Below, one piece after another: positions 1 through 9,122 of a DNA stretch of 57,999 nucleotides. The notes beneath the pieces were generated by a model that saw nothing but the letters and a program-made list of their open reading frames with translations, searched no databases and was not told the origin of the DNA. The DNA is from an uncultured Gammaproteobacteria bacterium (GTDB lineage: Bacteria; Patescibacteriota; Microgenomatia; UBA10105; UBA927): NCBI GenBank assembly GCA_964385705.1, contig CAYLQG010000002.1, positions 5,224 to 63,222 of the forward strand, written 5' to 3'. Made by a program: the position numbers and the translations under genes. Numbering within the stretch: position 1 is the stretch's first letter; the number at the start of each line of letters is the position of its first letter.

Positions 1-155
1 GCCTCACGGAAACTATTATCGAGATTCCCATCGACAACCGGTACTATTTCAAACGGAACTGATAATACGGATAGCGCCTTAATGACGGATTCAATATTTT
101 CCTTAATTGTCTTTTCTTGTTTATAGACAGGAATGATAAGGCTAAACTTTTTCAT
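1..155 (-). CDS. glycosyltransferase family 2, N-terminal fragment (gene runs off the window start)
   Basis: Not in the ORF track because it is under 60 aa. Hand translation of the reverse strand from ATG at 155-153 gives MKKFSLIIPVYKQEKTIKENIESVIKALSVLSVPFEIVPVVDGNLDNSFRE. This is a canonical GT2 start (IIPVY-x-x-E, then VVDG-x-x-D-x-S). It overlaps the 3' end of the upstream flippase gene by 14 nt. Confidence 0.6.
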   Translation of the reverse strand, partial: MKKFSLIIPVYKQEKTIKENIESVIKALSVLSVPFEIVPVVDGNLDNSFRE

Positions 156-1395
156 GAGATGTTGAGACATAATACAAAAGGCTGCCTAAAGCCAATATAA
201 ACGCAATGCCAATGTTAAGAATAATTACCGTCGTAATACTAGAATGGACAAGGACGATACCCACTATCTGCAAAATTGCACAGACTATTGGTATAACCCA
301 TATTCCCGTTTTCCCAATAGCCAAACTAATCATTGAGATGATATTTCCAACCGAGAACAATGCTATGAAAATTCCGAATAGCCCTAAGAGCGCCCCGGCT
401 CCCACATATGCGTTTCCGAAAAGCAATCGTACTATTATATTTGGAAAAAGAAAATATAGCGCCGTGATTGCCGTGGAAACGAGCGCCACGCCGCCTACTG
501 CGGACATTATAAGTTTTTGTGAGACGTTTCCCTTGGCCGTCTGTTCAGACAAAACCGGAAATGTGACCAGTGTTATGGCAGATGAGGCATAATAAATAAC
601 TTTTCCTAATATGGCAAGCGCCGCATACACTCCTGCCTCTTTCGCCCCGAAAAAGTGACGCACTAATATGATATCCGTGGAAAATAATGATGTTATCCCA
701 AGGAGAGTAAGGAGCGTCGGAACGGCAAATTTAAAGGTATCCCGTTTTGTAAGATTTGTCGGCTTGCTTTTGGCATTTATAACAAACTTGAGAGGGAGAA
801 AGTATAATATATACGTCACAATGCTCGTAATGATCGCAGCCAACAAAACTCCGGAGATACCATAATGTGCAAGAGGGACACTTAAGACAACTTTGAGAAT
901 TATAGCGCCTGCTGCAAATCCACTGAACCATATAAACTGCTGATATCCCTGCAACATACTTGCAGTAGCTATTGATAGAAGTGAAAATACAAATAACAAA
1001 TATATCATAACAAAGAGCGTCGTTGAGGAGAGATGTAAGAATGACGTAATTTGCGGAGAAATTAATAACACAACAGGAAGACCCAAAAGACAGATAATTA
1101 CTGAAGCCTTTGTAACACTTACAAAGAGAGATTTTGATTGACCAGTAGACCCATGAGCTTTAAAGCCCGAAACAAATTTCACAAGAACAGTTTGGGCAAC
1201 AACGAGCGGTGTTAAAAAAATATACAAAATTGAAAACAGCGAGGAAAGTTCTCCGTATCCTGCCGGGCCCAACAACCTACCCATCAATAAGTGGTATACA
1301 TATGAACCGACGTTTCCGACCATTGAACCCGCAAAAACGATCGCGCTATCACGTGCTAATGCATGCGAGGATAATTTTTTGATAAATCCCTTCAT
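142..1395 (-). CDS. Wzx-type oligosaccharide flippase (MOP / Polysacc_synt family)
   Basis: 417-aa ORF with ATG at 1395, hydrophobic throughout (about 12 helices). The N-terminus ALARDSAIVFAGSMVGNVGSYVYHLLMGRLLGPAGYGELSSL and the mid-protein FGAKEAGVYAALAILGKV are typical of polysaccharide-biosynthesis flippases. Confidence 0.8.
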   Translation of the reverse strand: MKGFIKKLSSHALARDSAIVFAGSMVGNVGSYVYHLLMGRLLGPAGYGELSSLFSILYIFLTPLVVAQTVLVKFVSGFKAHGSTGQSKSLFVSVTKASVIICLLGLPVVLLISPQITSFLHLSSTTLFVMIYLLFVFSLLSIATASMLQGYQQFIWFSGFAAGAIILKVVLSVPLAHYGISGVLLAAIITSIVTYILYFLPLKFVINAKSKPTNLTKRDTFKFAVPTLLTLLGITSLFSTDIILVRHFFGAKEAGVYAALAILGKVIYYASSAITLVTFPVLSEQTAKGNVSQKLIMSAVGGVALVSTAITALYFLFPNIIVRLLFGNAYVGAGALLGLFGIFIALFSVGNIISMISLAIGKTGIWVIPIVCAILQIVGIVLVHSSITTVIILNIGIAFILALGSLLYYVSTSHEKV

Positions 1396-1403
1396 CGGTG
1401 TAT

Positions 1404-2090
1404 TTAATCTGTAAACCTATATTTAATAAGTGTCCAAAGTGCAACAATTCCATCCCGCCAGGTCAACTTCTTCCCCTCTTCAAACTTGCGGCCGTAATAT
1501 GATATCGGCACCTCGTAAATCTGATGTCCTTTTTTTAATACTTTCACCGTGAGCTCCGGTTCAACATCAAATCGTTTTGAATGAATGGTTACGTCCTTCA
1601 ACGCTTCCCTACGAAATGCCTTATAGCCGGTCTCCATGTCCGTTATATTTGTATTAAAGAGCAGATTCGTGACCAGTGTAACAAACTTATTTCCCTGAGC
1701 ATAGATGAACATTGTTGATAAGTGTGATCCCAAAAACCTCGAGCCATAAACGACAGTCACATGAGTGTGTTTGAATGGCTCAAGAAGTACCGGGTAATCT
1801 GTAGGGCTATACTCCAAATCTGCATCCTGAATGAGGATGATCTCCCCCGATGCCTCCCGTATGCCAATGCTAACGGCACTCCCCTTTCCCTCATTTTTAT
1901 TTTTATAAATAACTTTAATTTTCTTCTCCCACGCCTTCAAGGCGTGGCGAGTTTTATCAGTCGAACCGTCATCAATAACGATTATTTCTTTCTCCCATCC
2001 TTGAAGTCCGGCTCCAACAACACTTTTCAAAACTTCATTGATGGTATTTTCTTCATTATATACCGGGATTATTATTGAGAGCTTTTTCAT
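1404..2090 (-). CDS. GT2 glycosyltransferase, DPM/DPG-synthase-like (candidate polyprenyl-phosphate sugar synthase)
   Basis: 228 aa. Motifs: SIIIPVYNEE, IIVIDDGSTDKT, IQDADLEYSPTDY, VVYGSRF. Its ATG forms an ATGA overlap with the upstream GT4 stop (2087-2090). Confidence 0.8.
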   Translation of the reverse strand: MKKLSIIIPVYNEENTINEVLKSVVGAGLQGWEKEIIVIDDGSTDKTRHALKAWEKKIKVIYKNKNEGKGSAVSIGIREASGEIILIQDADLEYSPTDYPVLLEPFKHTHVTVVYGSRFLGSHLSTMFIYAQGNKFVTLVTNLLFNTNITDMETGYKAFRREALKDVTIHSKRFDVEPELTVKVLKKGHQIYEVPISYYGRKFEEGKKLTWRDGIVALWTLIKYRFTD

Positions 2091-3139
2091 ACAACTGCCC
2101 TTTCATAAGACGCAATTGTGCTTTCTGTGACTTTTTTCCACGTAAACTGTTTTACCCATGTCAGGGATTCCTTAACAAGTGAAGTTCGCTTGTTCTCGGG
2201 TAAATGTACCAAATTACGTATTTCATCCGCAATTTGTTGCGTATTATCAGGTTTAATTAATACGGCGGGACCTGCAATCTCATGAAGAGAAGATGCCTGA
2301 GAAGTTATCACCGGACACCCGCATGCCATCGCTTCAAGAACAGGAAAACCGAACCCTTCATAAAAGGAAGGCATGACAAGACACGTCGCGGATGAGTAGA
2401 TATCAGCAAGCTCGTTATCAGGAATAAATCCGGGCATTATCACCGCATCAGTAATATTAAGTGATCTCATAAACTTTTTGATCTTTAAAACTTCCTCAAG
2501 CTTTTCATCCTGAAATGCGCGCCCCACTAGTACGAGAGGGACACCGCTATATCCTTTGCCGCGAATCACCTGAGCATATGCCTCAAGCAGTCCCGTAACA
2601 TTCTTATTCCAATTGACATCACCTACGTAGAGAATGAATTTGGCGGGCAAACCATACTTAAGCCTGACTGTTTTAACCTCCGGCTTTGTCTTAGGATAAA
2701 ATTGACTCGATGGCGCAAGAGGTATTACGTCGATTTTAGCGATTTCAATTCCGGTAATTGTATGAATATCCTTCTTGGACGATTCAGAATCCGTCAGTAT
2801 CCGTCGGGATTTTCTAAGCAGGCTCTTCTGAATCTCCCATTTGATCGTTCCGCGTATCCCCCGAGGAAACTTATCGGGAAAAACTAATGGTATTAAGTCA
2901 TGAACGGTAATAACGACCGGTTTTGAAACAGCAAAAGGCAGGGTGAGGAAAAAAGGATCAAAGTACGGATAATGAATAAGATCCGTGTTTTCGGGAACCT
3001 TCTGGCCTTTATGGATGAACGCAAAGTGATGCAAACTACCCGATTTTATTAACCCATCCACGAGCTCTCTGGTGTAAACACCAGTGCCACGCGATTTATG
3101 TTCCGATTCCAACGGAGAAACGTCAATTGCTATATTCAT
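2087..3139 (-). CDS. GT4 glycosyltransferase (Glycos_transf_1)
   Basis: The ORF track extends to 3214. The ATG at 3139 (MNIAIDVSPLESEHKSRGTGVYT...) lies 4 nt after the upstream stop (3144) and removes a 71-nt overlap. The C-terminal SFYEGFGFPVLEAMACGCPVITS is the GT4 E-x7-E motif. Confidence 0.85.
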   Translation of the reverse strand: MNIAIDVSPLESEHKSRGTGVYTRELVDGLIKSGSLHHFAFIHKGQKVPENTDLIHYPYFDPFFLTLPFAVSKPVVITVHDLIPLVFPDKFPRGIRGTIKWEIQKSLLRKSRRILTDSESSKKDIHTITGIEIAKIDVIPLAPSSQFYPKTKPEVKTVRLKYGLPAKFILYVGDVNWNKNVTGLLEAYAQVIRGKGYSGVPLVLVGRAFQDEKLEEVLKIKKFMRSLNITDAVIMPGFIPDNELADIYSSATCLVMPSFYEGFGFPVLEAMACGCPVITSQASSLHEIAGPAVLIKPDNTQQIADEIRNLVHLPENKRTSLVKESLTWVKQFTWKKVTESTIASYERAVV

Positions 3140-3143
3140 ACGG

Positions 3144-4724
3144 TCATTTCCGCCTATATCGAAGTATACCCCAACCAAATAGAACAACCAAGCTAATAAC
3201 AGACAATATATCACCGGCTAGCCGGGCAACGGTCTCAGTAAATGTAACTCTAATTGTATGTACCCCATGCGGTACTGAAAAATGGATTACTCCGTCTCTT
3301 AAATAATGAATGGGTACTGTATGACCGTCAACCGTAGCCACCCAACCGGGGAAATAGAGTGTATTGAGGGTAATTACCCCCGAATCGCTCATGGAAACGG
3401 TAAATTGTTTATCCATATATTTCCACTTGTTTTGCCTAATTACATTGCCATTCTCAACAGTGATCGGTGATAACGGCCGCGAAACTTTCCATCCGGTCCA
3501 TATAGTTGAAAAACTATTGCCCATTGAGGAAGTACTGTCCGTAAAATTTGTCCTTGCAAGATAATATGCTTCACTTCTCGGTTGATATAATACCGGTCTC
3601 ACATAAGAACTACTCAATAGTACGGCAACTACCGCGATTACAATGCCAACCCATTGCTTCTTACTGTTACTGACCCAAAAACCTGCCGCAAATGCCGAGA
3701 CTGGGATCACGAACGATAAGAGGCGCCATGGGTATTGTATAAACTGAAGAGGCTTCACGATTACCCAAATAAACTGTGATACCGTTAACATCCCGATGAT
3801 TGAAAGTCCTAAGATTGCATAGAGATAATTCATAAGATATCGAAGACCTGCGGCTTTCGTGCGGCGAACCTGAAAAGCTGCAAGAATGAGACAAACGATT
3901 GGAGCGATGCCAATTTGAAACGATATCTTATTTCCCATGCTCCCGGTACCTGAAAATTCCGTTCCCCATGATGGAATGAGCAGTTCATAAATCTGTACAA
4001 AATGCTCACGAAAATTGACTGTGTTAAGCCCTACGACATATTTTTCTTCAAGGAGTGCGGGTAGCCAAAAATATGCGGATAATCCTAATCCTGCAAACAT
4101 AGCCCACAGCGCTTTTTTATCCCGGATGAGTGCATAACACAAAATGAAAGGCGTATACACCATCGCTAAAATATTATGGCTAAGAATAAGAAGAGCGTAG
4201 CTTACGGCGACAAGAATAAACCGTTTCTTTTCAATGCATAGAAGAACACAAAAAAGAAACGCTGTCGCAAAAATTTCCCCTATCGAGCCACGAACATACA
4301 TATCAACAAACCAATATGGGACAAAGGCTCCTACCGTTGCGCCCACTGCCGCAGGAATAAGGCCAAAGAGCGTAAATAACCATCCAAACAGAGCGGCAAC
4401 TGCAACAATATACCCAATAGCTTGTGCCATTTGGAAAGACCGTACGGCATCGTGAAGTCCGCTGCTTACGGCATCGCCGATATAATTCGGGAATGGATAA
4501 TTAAACTCAAATACCGGAACTCCATAGCCGCTATTGAGGGTCGGTGCCCATCGTGGAAATAGATAACCTTCACGGATCATTCGTGCAAATTCTACAATAC
4601 GAATGATGTGGTATTCCCCGTCGTGCGTCGGAATATAGTTTTTTCCGAATAATGGCACAACCGCAAATATAATGGAAAAAATAAACACGCAAACGGCGAT
4701 AATTGAAAGAACGTTATTTTTCAT
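3144..4724 (-). CDS. PTPS_related-family polytopic membrane protein (GT-C-like)
   Basis: The ORF track extends to 4838. The ATG at 4724 (MKNNVLSIIAV...) makes an ATGA overlap with the upstream stop at 4721. Motifs: IPTHDGEYHIIRIVEFARMIREGYLFPRWAPTLNSGYGVPVFEFNYPFPNY. C-terminal LYFPGWVATVDG...HGVHTIRVTF followed by a final TM helix. Confidence 0.7.
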   Translation of the reverse strand: MKNNVLSIIAVCVFIFSIIFAVVPLFGKNYIPTHDGEYHIIRIVEFARMIREGYLFPRWAPTLNSGYGVPVFEFNYPFPNYIGDAVSSGLHDAVRSFQMAQAIGYIVAVAALFGWLFTLFGLIPAAVGATVGAFVPYWFVDMYVRGSIGEIFATAFLFCVLLCIEKKRFILVAVSYALLILSHNILAMVYTPFILCYALIRDKKALWAMFAGLGLSAYFWLPALLEEKYVVGLNTVNFREHFVQIYELLIPSWGTEFSGTGSMGNKISFQIGIAPIVCLILAAFQVRRTKAAGLRYLMNYLYAILGLSIIGMLTVSQFIWVIVKPLQFIQYPWRLLSFVIPVSAFAAGFWVSNSKKQWVGIVIAVVAVLLSSSYVRPVLYQPRSEAYYLARTNFTDSTSSMGNSFSTIWTGWKVSRPLSPITVENGNVIRQNKWKYMDKQFTVSMSDSGVITLNTLYFPGWVATVDGHTVPIHYLRDGVIHFSVPHGVHTIRVTFTETVARLAGDILSVISLVVLFGWGILRYRRK

Positions 4725-5860
4725 GAGGATTTCCGGGTAAGTTTCCGCACTACGAAAAAGAGAAAGTAAATACCAATCGGAATCGCGGTTACCAGAAATC
4801 GCAACAGCGGGCCCGGGCCTTCGTAATAACCCATCCACATATACGGTAACGCCCGAAGCTCGAGAGCGAATGATAGAACAAACGTAAATTCAAATATGAA
4901 GGTATGACGCTTCATGGGGAGAAAGGCGGCAGTTGATACTAACCATACTGCGTACCAAGGATACAGCTCCTCACGAAGTGGTGCGGCGACGAAAAAAATA
5001 ACGAGAAAGAACCAATATGTAACCCGAAACATCTGCTCCAGCGTAAATTTTCTAAACAGGAATATTGGAGTTAACAGTATTGTCACGAATTTGATCCACC
5101 ACGAAAAGAAAAATGAAATACATCCGAGAACTTTACTTCTCGTATCTTTCCGATTCCACAACACAAGCCCCAGTAAGGCAAACACCATCATGAATATGTC
5201 ATTATGTCCCGACATTAAGGTCTCAATTAGCACGAGCGGATTAAAGGCAAAATAGAGAACATTCTTTAGAGATTTTGTAATACGATAAATGAGATACACC
5301 ATACCAAAATACGCAAGAGCATTTATAAATTTAAACGCAATAATGGTTCCCCATATATTACCAAGGCCCAGATAATGGGGAATCGCGGTTATGGCAAGCC
5401 ATACTGGCCCGTAGAGAGCCAATTTGTTTGCCGCCCGGGTAAATGCAAGATTGGGCTCATTTGGAATTTCGATAGGCATGACGATATACGGATTTTCGTG
5501 ATATGTAAAGGCGACTTTCGCAGTCGTCATGTAATTAAACAAATCATAACTCAGAGCTGGATAGGCTAAAACAAGAATTGCGGCTGCAACAATAATCGTC
5601 CCGATGAAGTTTTTTTTGGACGAAAAAAAATTAACGCCGTATCGCAGAAACATACAATAAAAAAAGAATAGAAGAAGCAATATAATTAAAAACATCATTG
5701 TAGCAACCGGTCGATTTTGATACGCAAGATGATAAAGAGGAGTATGGAAACGGACGAAGATAGGATTTTTTGATAATACCAGGTTCGGATCGATAAACCC
5801 ATAAGAAAATATCGCCAAAACGAAAAGTGTTAGAAAAAATAATACCGTTATAATTGCCAT
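4721..5860 (-). CDS. MptA/MptB-like (DUF2029/GT87-like) GT-C membrane glycosyltransferase candidate
   Basis: 379 aa, about 10 TM helices. Motifs: LSYDLFNYMTTAKVAFTYHENPYIVMP...LALYGPVWL and FNPLVLIETLMSGHNDIFMM. The pattern S-x-D-x-F/Y-x-Y...NPY...YGP matches my memory of mycobacterial polyprenol-P-mannose mannosyltransferases. Clear paralog of 45596..46753. Confidence 0.55.
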   Translation of the reverse strand: MAIITVLFFLTLFVLAIFSYGFIDPNLVLSKNPIFVRFHTPLYHLAYQNRPVATMMFLIILLLLFFFYCMFLRYGVNFFSSKKNFIGTIIVAAAILVLAYPALSYDLFNYMTTAKVAFTYHENPYIVMPIEIPNEPNLAFTRAANKLALYGPVWLAITAIPHYLGLGNIWGTIIAFKFINALAYFGMVYLIYRITKSLKNVLYFAFNPLVLIETLMSGHNDIFMMVFALLGLVLWNRKDTRSKVLGCISFFFSWWIKFVTILLTPIFLFRKFTLEQMFRVTYWFFLVIFFVAAPLREELYPWYAVWLVSTAAFLPMKRHTFIFEFTFVLSFALELRALPYMWMGYYEGPGPLLRFLVTAIPIGIYFLFFVVRKLTRKSS

Positions 5861-5862
5861 GA

Positions 5863-7821
5863 TTACGGATAACTGTAAACAATATTCGAACTATTTTCAA
5901 ATATCTTCCGAACGCCGATTCCTTTTAAGCCAGCAGGTAGCGCAAAAGGTTTATATGCATATAATATCCCGATCCGATTGGACTTAAGAATATTGTTCAC
6001 GAGTGCCGGATCAAAACTCGTTGCTATTATATCAGCAAGCCTCTGTTTCCCGGAATAATCCACCCCGTGCCTGCCTAAATAATTTTGTCCGGCTAAAAAC
6101 GTGTCATGTGACGTCAGAGCCGACACATAAGACTCATACCCGTCGATCTGAGCCTTGTTAAATACATATACTACTGTATCGGACTTTACCTTCTCACGAA
6201 CGAAATCCAATGCATGTATTTCGCTGTTTGATATAATGGCCGCGGAGTTCTGCAATTCCTTACTGAACTGCTGCATGCGGTAGAATATCCTCGGTATCGT
6301 CATGGCCCCAATGATCAGCAAGATAACTACCGCGATCACCTTGGATTGAGCACGTATCAAACGCTCTAAAATCAAAGCGTTCAGTAAGCTCAAAATAACC
6401 GACGCAGCAAGATATGAATTAAAAATATCCGCGTACGTAATTGGTTGAATAAACAATGTTCCAAACAACGTAGTACCGACAAGCGACGCAAAAAGAAAAA
6501 TGGCGACTTCAGTACCCAAAGACTTTCGGGCGATTCGCCATCCAAACCAGCCAATCGTGCGTAAGCCAAATTGACTGATATAAAAAATACCGAGCATAAT
6601 GAGATTCATTTCTAGTACACGAATATAATTATTATGCTGGAGATATATCAACCTTCGTAGTTCTAAAAAACTTAGCGAAAGATTGGGTTGTACGACAAAC
6701 ATATGCGCCATTTCAAACGGCGCAAAAACTGGTCCGCCGGCACCTGAATTTGTCGGCAGGTAGATAGCAACACTCAGGATGAGCGCAAGGATCGGAGCAA
6801 CGAGTAAAACCCAATTTCTTTTAAAAAGTGCATACAATCCGATCGCAAAAAGACCAATGAGAACCATTATCCCTGAATGGATTTTGCATCCAATGACGAC
6901 ACCAAAGGTAATCCCCGTTAACACGCTGAGTAACACACGCTTAGAACGAACTGTTTGAACGAGTAAAATAATTCCGACGACCGTGATAACGGAAGCAAAC
7001 GCCCGGGGCGGATTCTCAAGAAACATAGTCCCGTCTTCAAGAGGGTGAACGCTAAAATCGACGACATGACGGGTAATAAGCGGAATCGCATAAATAGTAT
7101 CAGATGCAAAATATTGCAAATACATGACGAGGGCTGCCCCAACCATTGATAACCCCGCCATTCTGCCTAACACAAAAAGCAATAGTCCCAGCATCATGGA
7201 CAAAAAAACGCAGATAAAGAAAAATTGAACGGTTAATAACGGCAAACCAAAAACGCGTGAAAAGTCAGCGATAAATAAGTTGGCAAGATAATGATAATTT
7301 GTAAGTAATAATCCGGCCGTACCCGGTTCATTCGGAGGCATATGGCGAATAAGCTCACCCGTAAGCCCCAGATGCCACAGGGCATCGTCAGCTATAAACG
7401 TGTGCCACCCGTCACGGAAAATAAAACCTGACGGTATTGACTGGACTGTTTGAATGACAACACCTGCAATAAACACAACAACCACCCACCAATATTTAGC
7501 AAGTTTACGCAATGATTTCTTCCACTTCGCCTTAGGAACTGAAGCATACGTAAACATGGAGATAATTGTGGAAGTTGCGAGATAAACGTAGCTCATCCAT
7601 CGAATATGGAGTAAACCGAAAAGGTACGCCTGAAGAATCCATAAAACCATGCCAAAACCGACAAAAAGGGTGATCCTATGGAAAGGTGACTGTACTTGAA
7701 TTGATGTTCGCAAAAACAATCGTCCCGGAAAATATAATCCGATTACGATGCCGAATAAAAACCATAAACCTAATAATGCACACATGAGTACACCGCTCGC
7801 TGATGAAATCGCTATACCCAT
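5863..7821 (-). CDS. large polytopic membrane protein, unassigned family (GT-C or polymerase candidate)
   Basis: 652 aa with ATG at 7821. Many hydrophobic helices plus a C-terminal soluble domain of about 130 aa. Loop motif: GWHTFIADDALWHLGLTGELIRHMPPNEPGTAG...NYHY. I cannot name a family. Confidence 0.5.
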   Translation of the reverse strand: MGIAISSASGVLMCALLGLWFLFGIVIGLYFPGRLFLRTSIQVQSPFHRITLFVGFGMVLWILQAYLFGLLHIRWMSYVYLATSTIISMFTYASVPKAKWKKSLRKLAKYWWVVVVFIAGVVIQTVQSIPSGFIFRDGWHTFIADDALWHLGLTGELIRHMPPNEPGTAGLLLTNYHYLANLFIADFSRVFGLPLLTVQFFFICVFLSMMLGLLLFVLGRMAGLSMVGAALVMYLQYFASDTIYAIPLITRHVVDFSVHPLEDGTMFLENPPRAFASVITVVGIILLVQTVRSKRVLLSVLTGITFGVVIGCKIHSGIMVLIGLFAIGLYALFKRNWVLLVAPILALILSVAIYLPTNSGAGGPVFAPFEMAHMFVVQPNLSLSFLELRRLIYLQHNNYIRVLEMNLIMLGIFYISQFGLRTIGWFGWRIARKSLGTEVAIFLFASLVGTTLFGTLFIQPITYADIFNSYLAASVILSLLNALILERLIRAQSKVIAVVILLIIGAMTIPRIFYRMQQFSKELQNSAAIISNSEIHALDFVREKVKSDTVVYVFNKAQIDGYESYVSALTSHDTFLAGQNYLGRHGVDYSGKQRLADIIATSFDPALVNNILKSNRIGILYAYKPFALPAGLKGIGVRKIFENSSNIVYSYP

Positions 7822-7824
7822 ATG

Positions 7825-8367
7825 CTAGTGCGTAATTTGCTGCCGCACACTCACGAGAATCTGCTGTGAGTTTTCCAACGCCTTATGAAGGAGCAGAGTG
7901 GTCGCCGCCGCTTTCTCTGGAGACCAAATCACCGTAGCAGGTGTTGACGACAGTAAAAAAAGGAGAACTTCATTGTGTTTATCAGCCGCCTGATGAACAA
8001 GTTGCCTTAATTGTACCGTATCGACGCCTTCTTTTGCTGCACCGTCAATATATTTCGGTAATTGCATAAATTCACCGTCTGAACGTATGAGCGCATCTGA
8101 TGCTAATAGGAATTGGTTATACTCCATAAGCGTTTTGGCCTCGACAAGATATTTGTCGGAGAGCTCTAAATGATATTTAATTTGGCCGATATTTCCCCAG
8201 TACCAAAATCGTTTTACCTTATCGACAATACGCATGACTTTATATAACTTGTTTCCGGGCATATAGGATGGGTACGGAAGTACATAATCAGCACGTACGG
8301 CCATACAATGCCCCAGAATAAAGTAAAATACCACTAATGCAGTAATCGATAATGTTTTTATATTCAT
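7825..8367 (-). CDS. secreted/anchored helical protein, DUF5667-like
   Basis: 180 aa. N-terminal signal/anchor ITALVVFYFILGHCMAVRA, then YVLPYPSYMPGNKLYKVMRIVDKVKRFWYWG...ELSDKYLVEAKTLMEYNQFLLASDAL. I associate this pattern with DUF5667 proteins of CPR bacteria. ATGA overlap with the upstream GT2 stop (8364-8367). Confidence 0.5.
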   Translation of the reverse strand: MNIKTLSITALVVFYFILGHCMAVRADYVLPYPSYMPGNKLYKVMRIVDKVKRFWYWGNIGQIKYHLELSDKYLVEAKTLMEYNQFLLASDALIRSDGEFMQLPKYIDGAAKEGVDTVQLRQLVHQAADKHNEVLLFLLSSTPATVIWSPEKAAATTLLLHKALENSQQILVSVRQQITH

Positions 8368-9122
8368 TTCATTTGTAAATATTTTTTATATGCAATCGGA
8401 TAATGAAGAGATGACCAATACGCAAATACCATACCATACCATCCGTCAATAAAACCCTTGTGCCGGATAAAAAGAGAAAAAAATGTCACAAATGGCTTAT
8501 GAACGTTATAGATAACCCACGAAAACAACGTTTTTGGAACATTTTTTGACTTTAGGTTTAATGCTGTAAGCGTTGTATAGCTGTCTGCTTTTCTCCAATA
8601 GTCTCCCGTTGTCCTGTAAGAGATATGATCCATTGGCTCTTTCAGGTAGTCAACGCGACCATTTATATCAATTTGCTCATGAACGCTCTTGCATGGGAAA
8701 CGGGCTCTACCCCTGCGAACAAGCCGTATAACATAGTCAGGGTACTGTCCCCCTTTTTTCATAACGTGTCCCCAAAAATAATTTTTACGCGGGATATAGT
8801 ACCCATTTGTGCCGGCCGGAGAATTTATTATCACATCTGTAATCTCACCTTTGAGGGCGCCTGGAATTATTTCATCCGCATCCAATTGCAGAATCCAGTC
8901 ACATGAACACGCATCGAGTGCCTTTTGTTTGTTTAAATGGAAAATAGGTGGATTATTTGTCTTAATTATTTTCGCTTTATATTGGCGGGCTATTTCCAAC
9001 GTTTTATCACTTGATCCACCGTCTACGATTATTATTTCATCGGCAATGGATTGAATTGACGATAAGCACGCATTCAAATTCTCTTCTTCGTTAAATACAG
9101 CTAAAGCCACTGATAGTGTCAT
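8364..9122 (-). CDS. GT2 glycosyltransferase (WaaE/KdtX-like subgroup)
   Basis: Motifs: LSVALAVFNEEENLNACLSSIQSIADEIIIVDGGSSDKTLEIA and LQLDADE. The ORF track starts at 9137 (MEKKRM...). The internal ATG at 9122 (MTLSVAL...) gives an ATGA overlap with the upstream stop at 9119, so I prefer it. Either start is possible. Confidence 0.8.
   Translation of the reverse strand: MTLSVALAVFNEEENLNACLSSIQSIADEIIIVDGGSSDKTLEIARQYKAKIIKTNNPPIFHLNKQKALDACSCDWILQLDADEIIPGALKGEITDVIINSPAGTNGYYIPRKNYFWGHVMKKGGQYPDYVIRLVRRGRARFPCKSVHEQIDINGRVDYLKEPMDHISYRTTGDYWRKADSYTTLTALNLKSKNVPKTLFSWVIYNVHKPFVTFFSLFIRHKGFIDGWYGMVFAYWSSLHYPIAYKKYLQMK

Noticed and set aside
4725-4838. N-terminal extensions offered by the ORF track, at 3144..4838, 2087..3214, 26597..28207, 55779..56144 and 33749..36085.
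   Set aside because: Each extension runs into the preceding gene in another frame and encodes non-hydrophobic, Arg/Cys/Ser-rich sequence. In every case an internal ATG sits right at or next to the upstream stop, often forming ATGA, and begins a typical signal or TM sequence.
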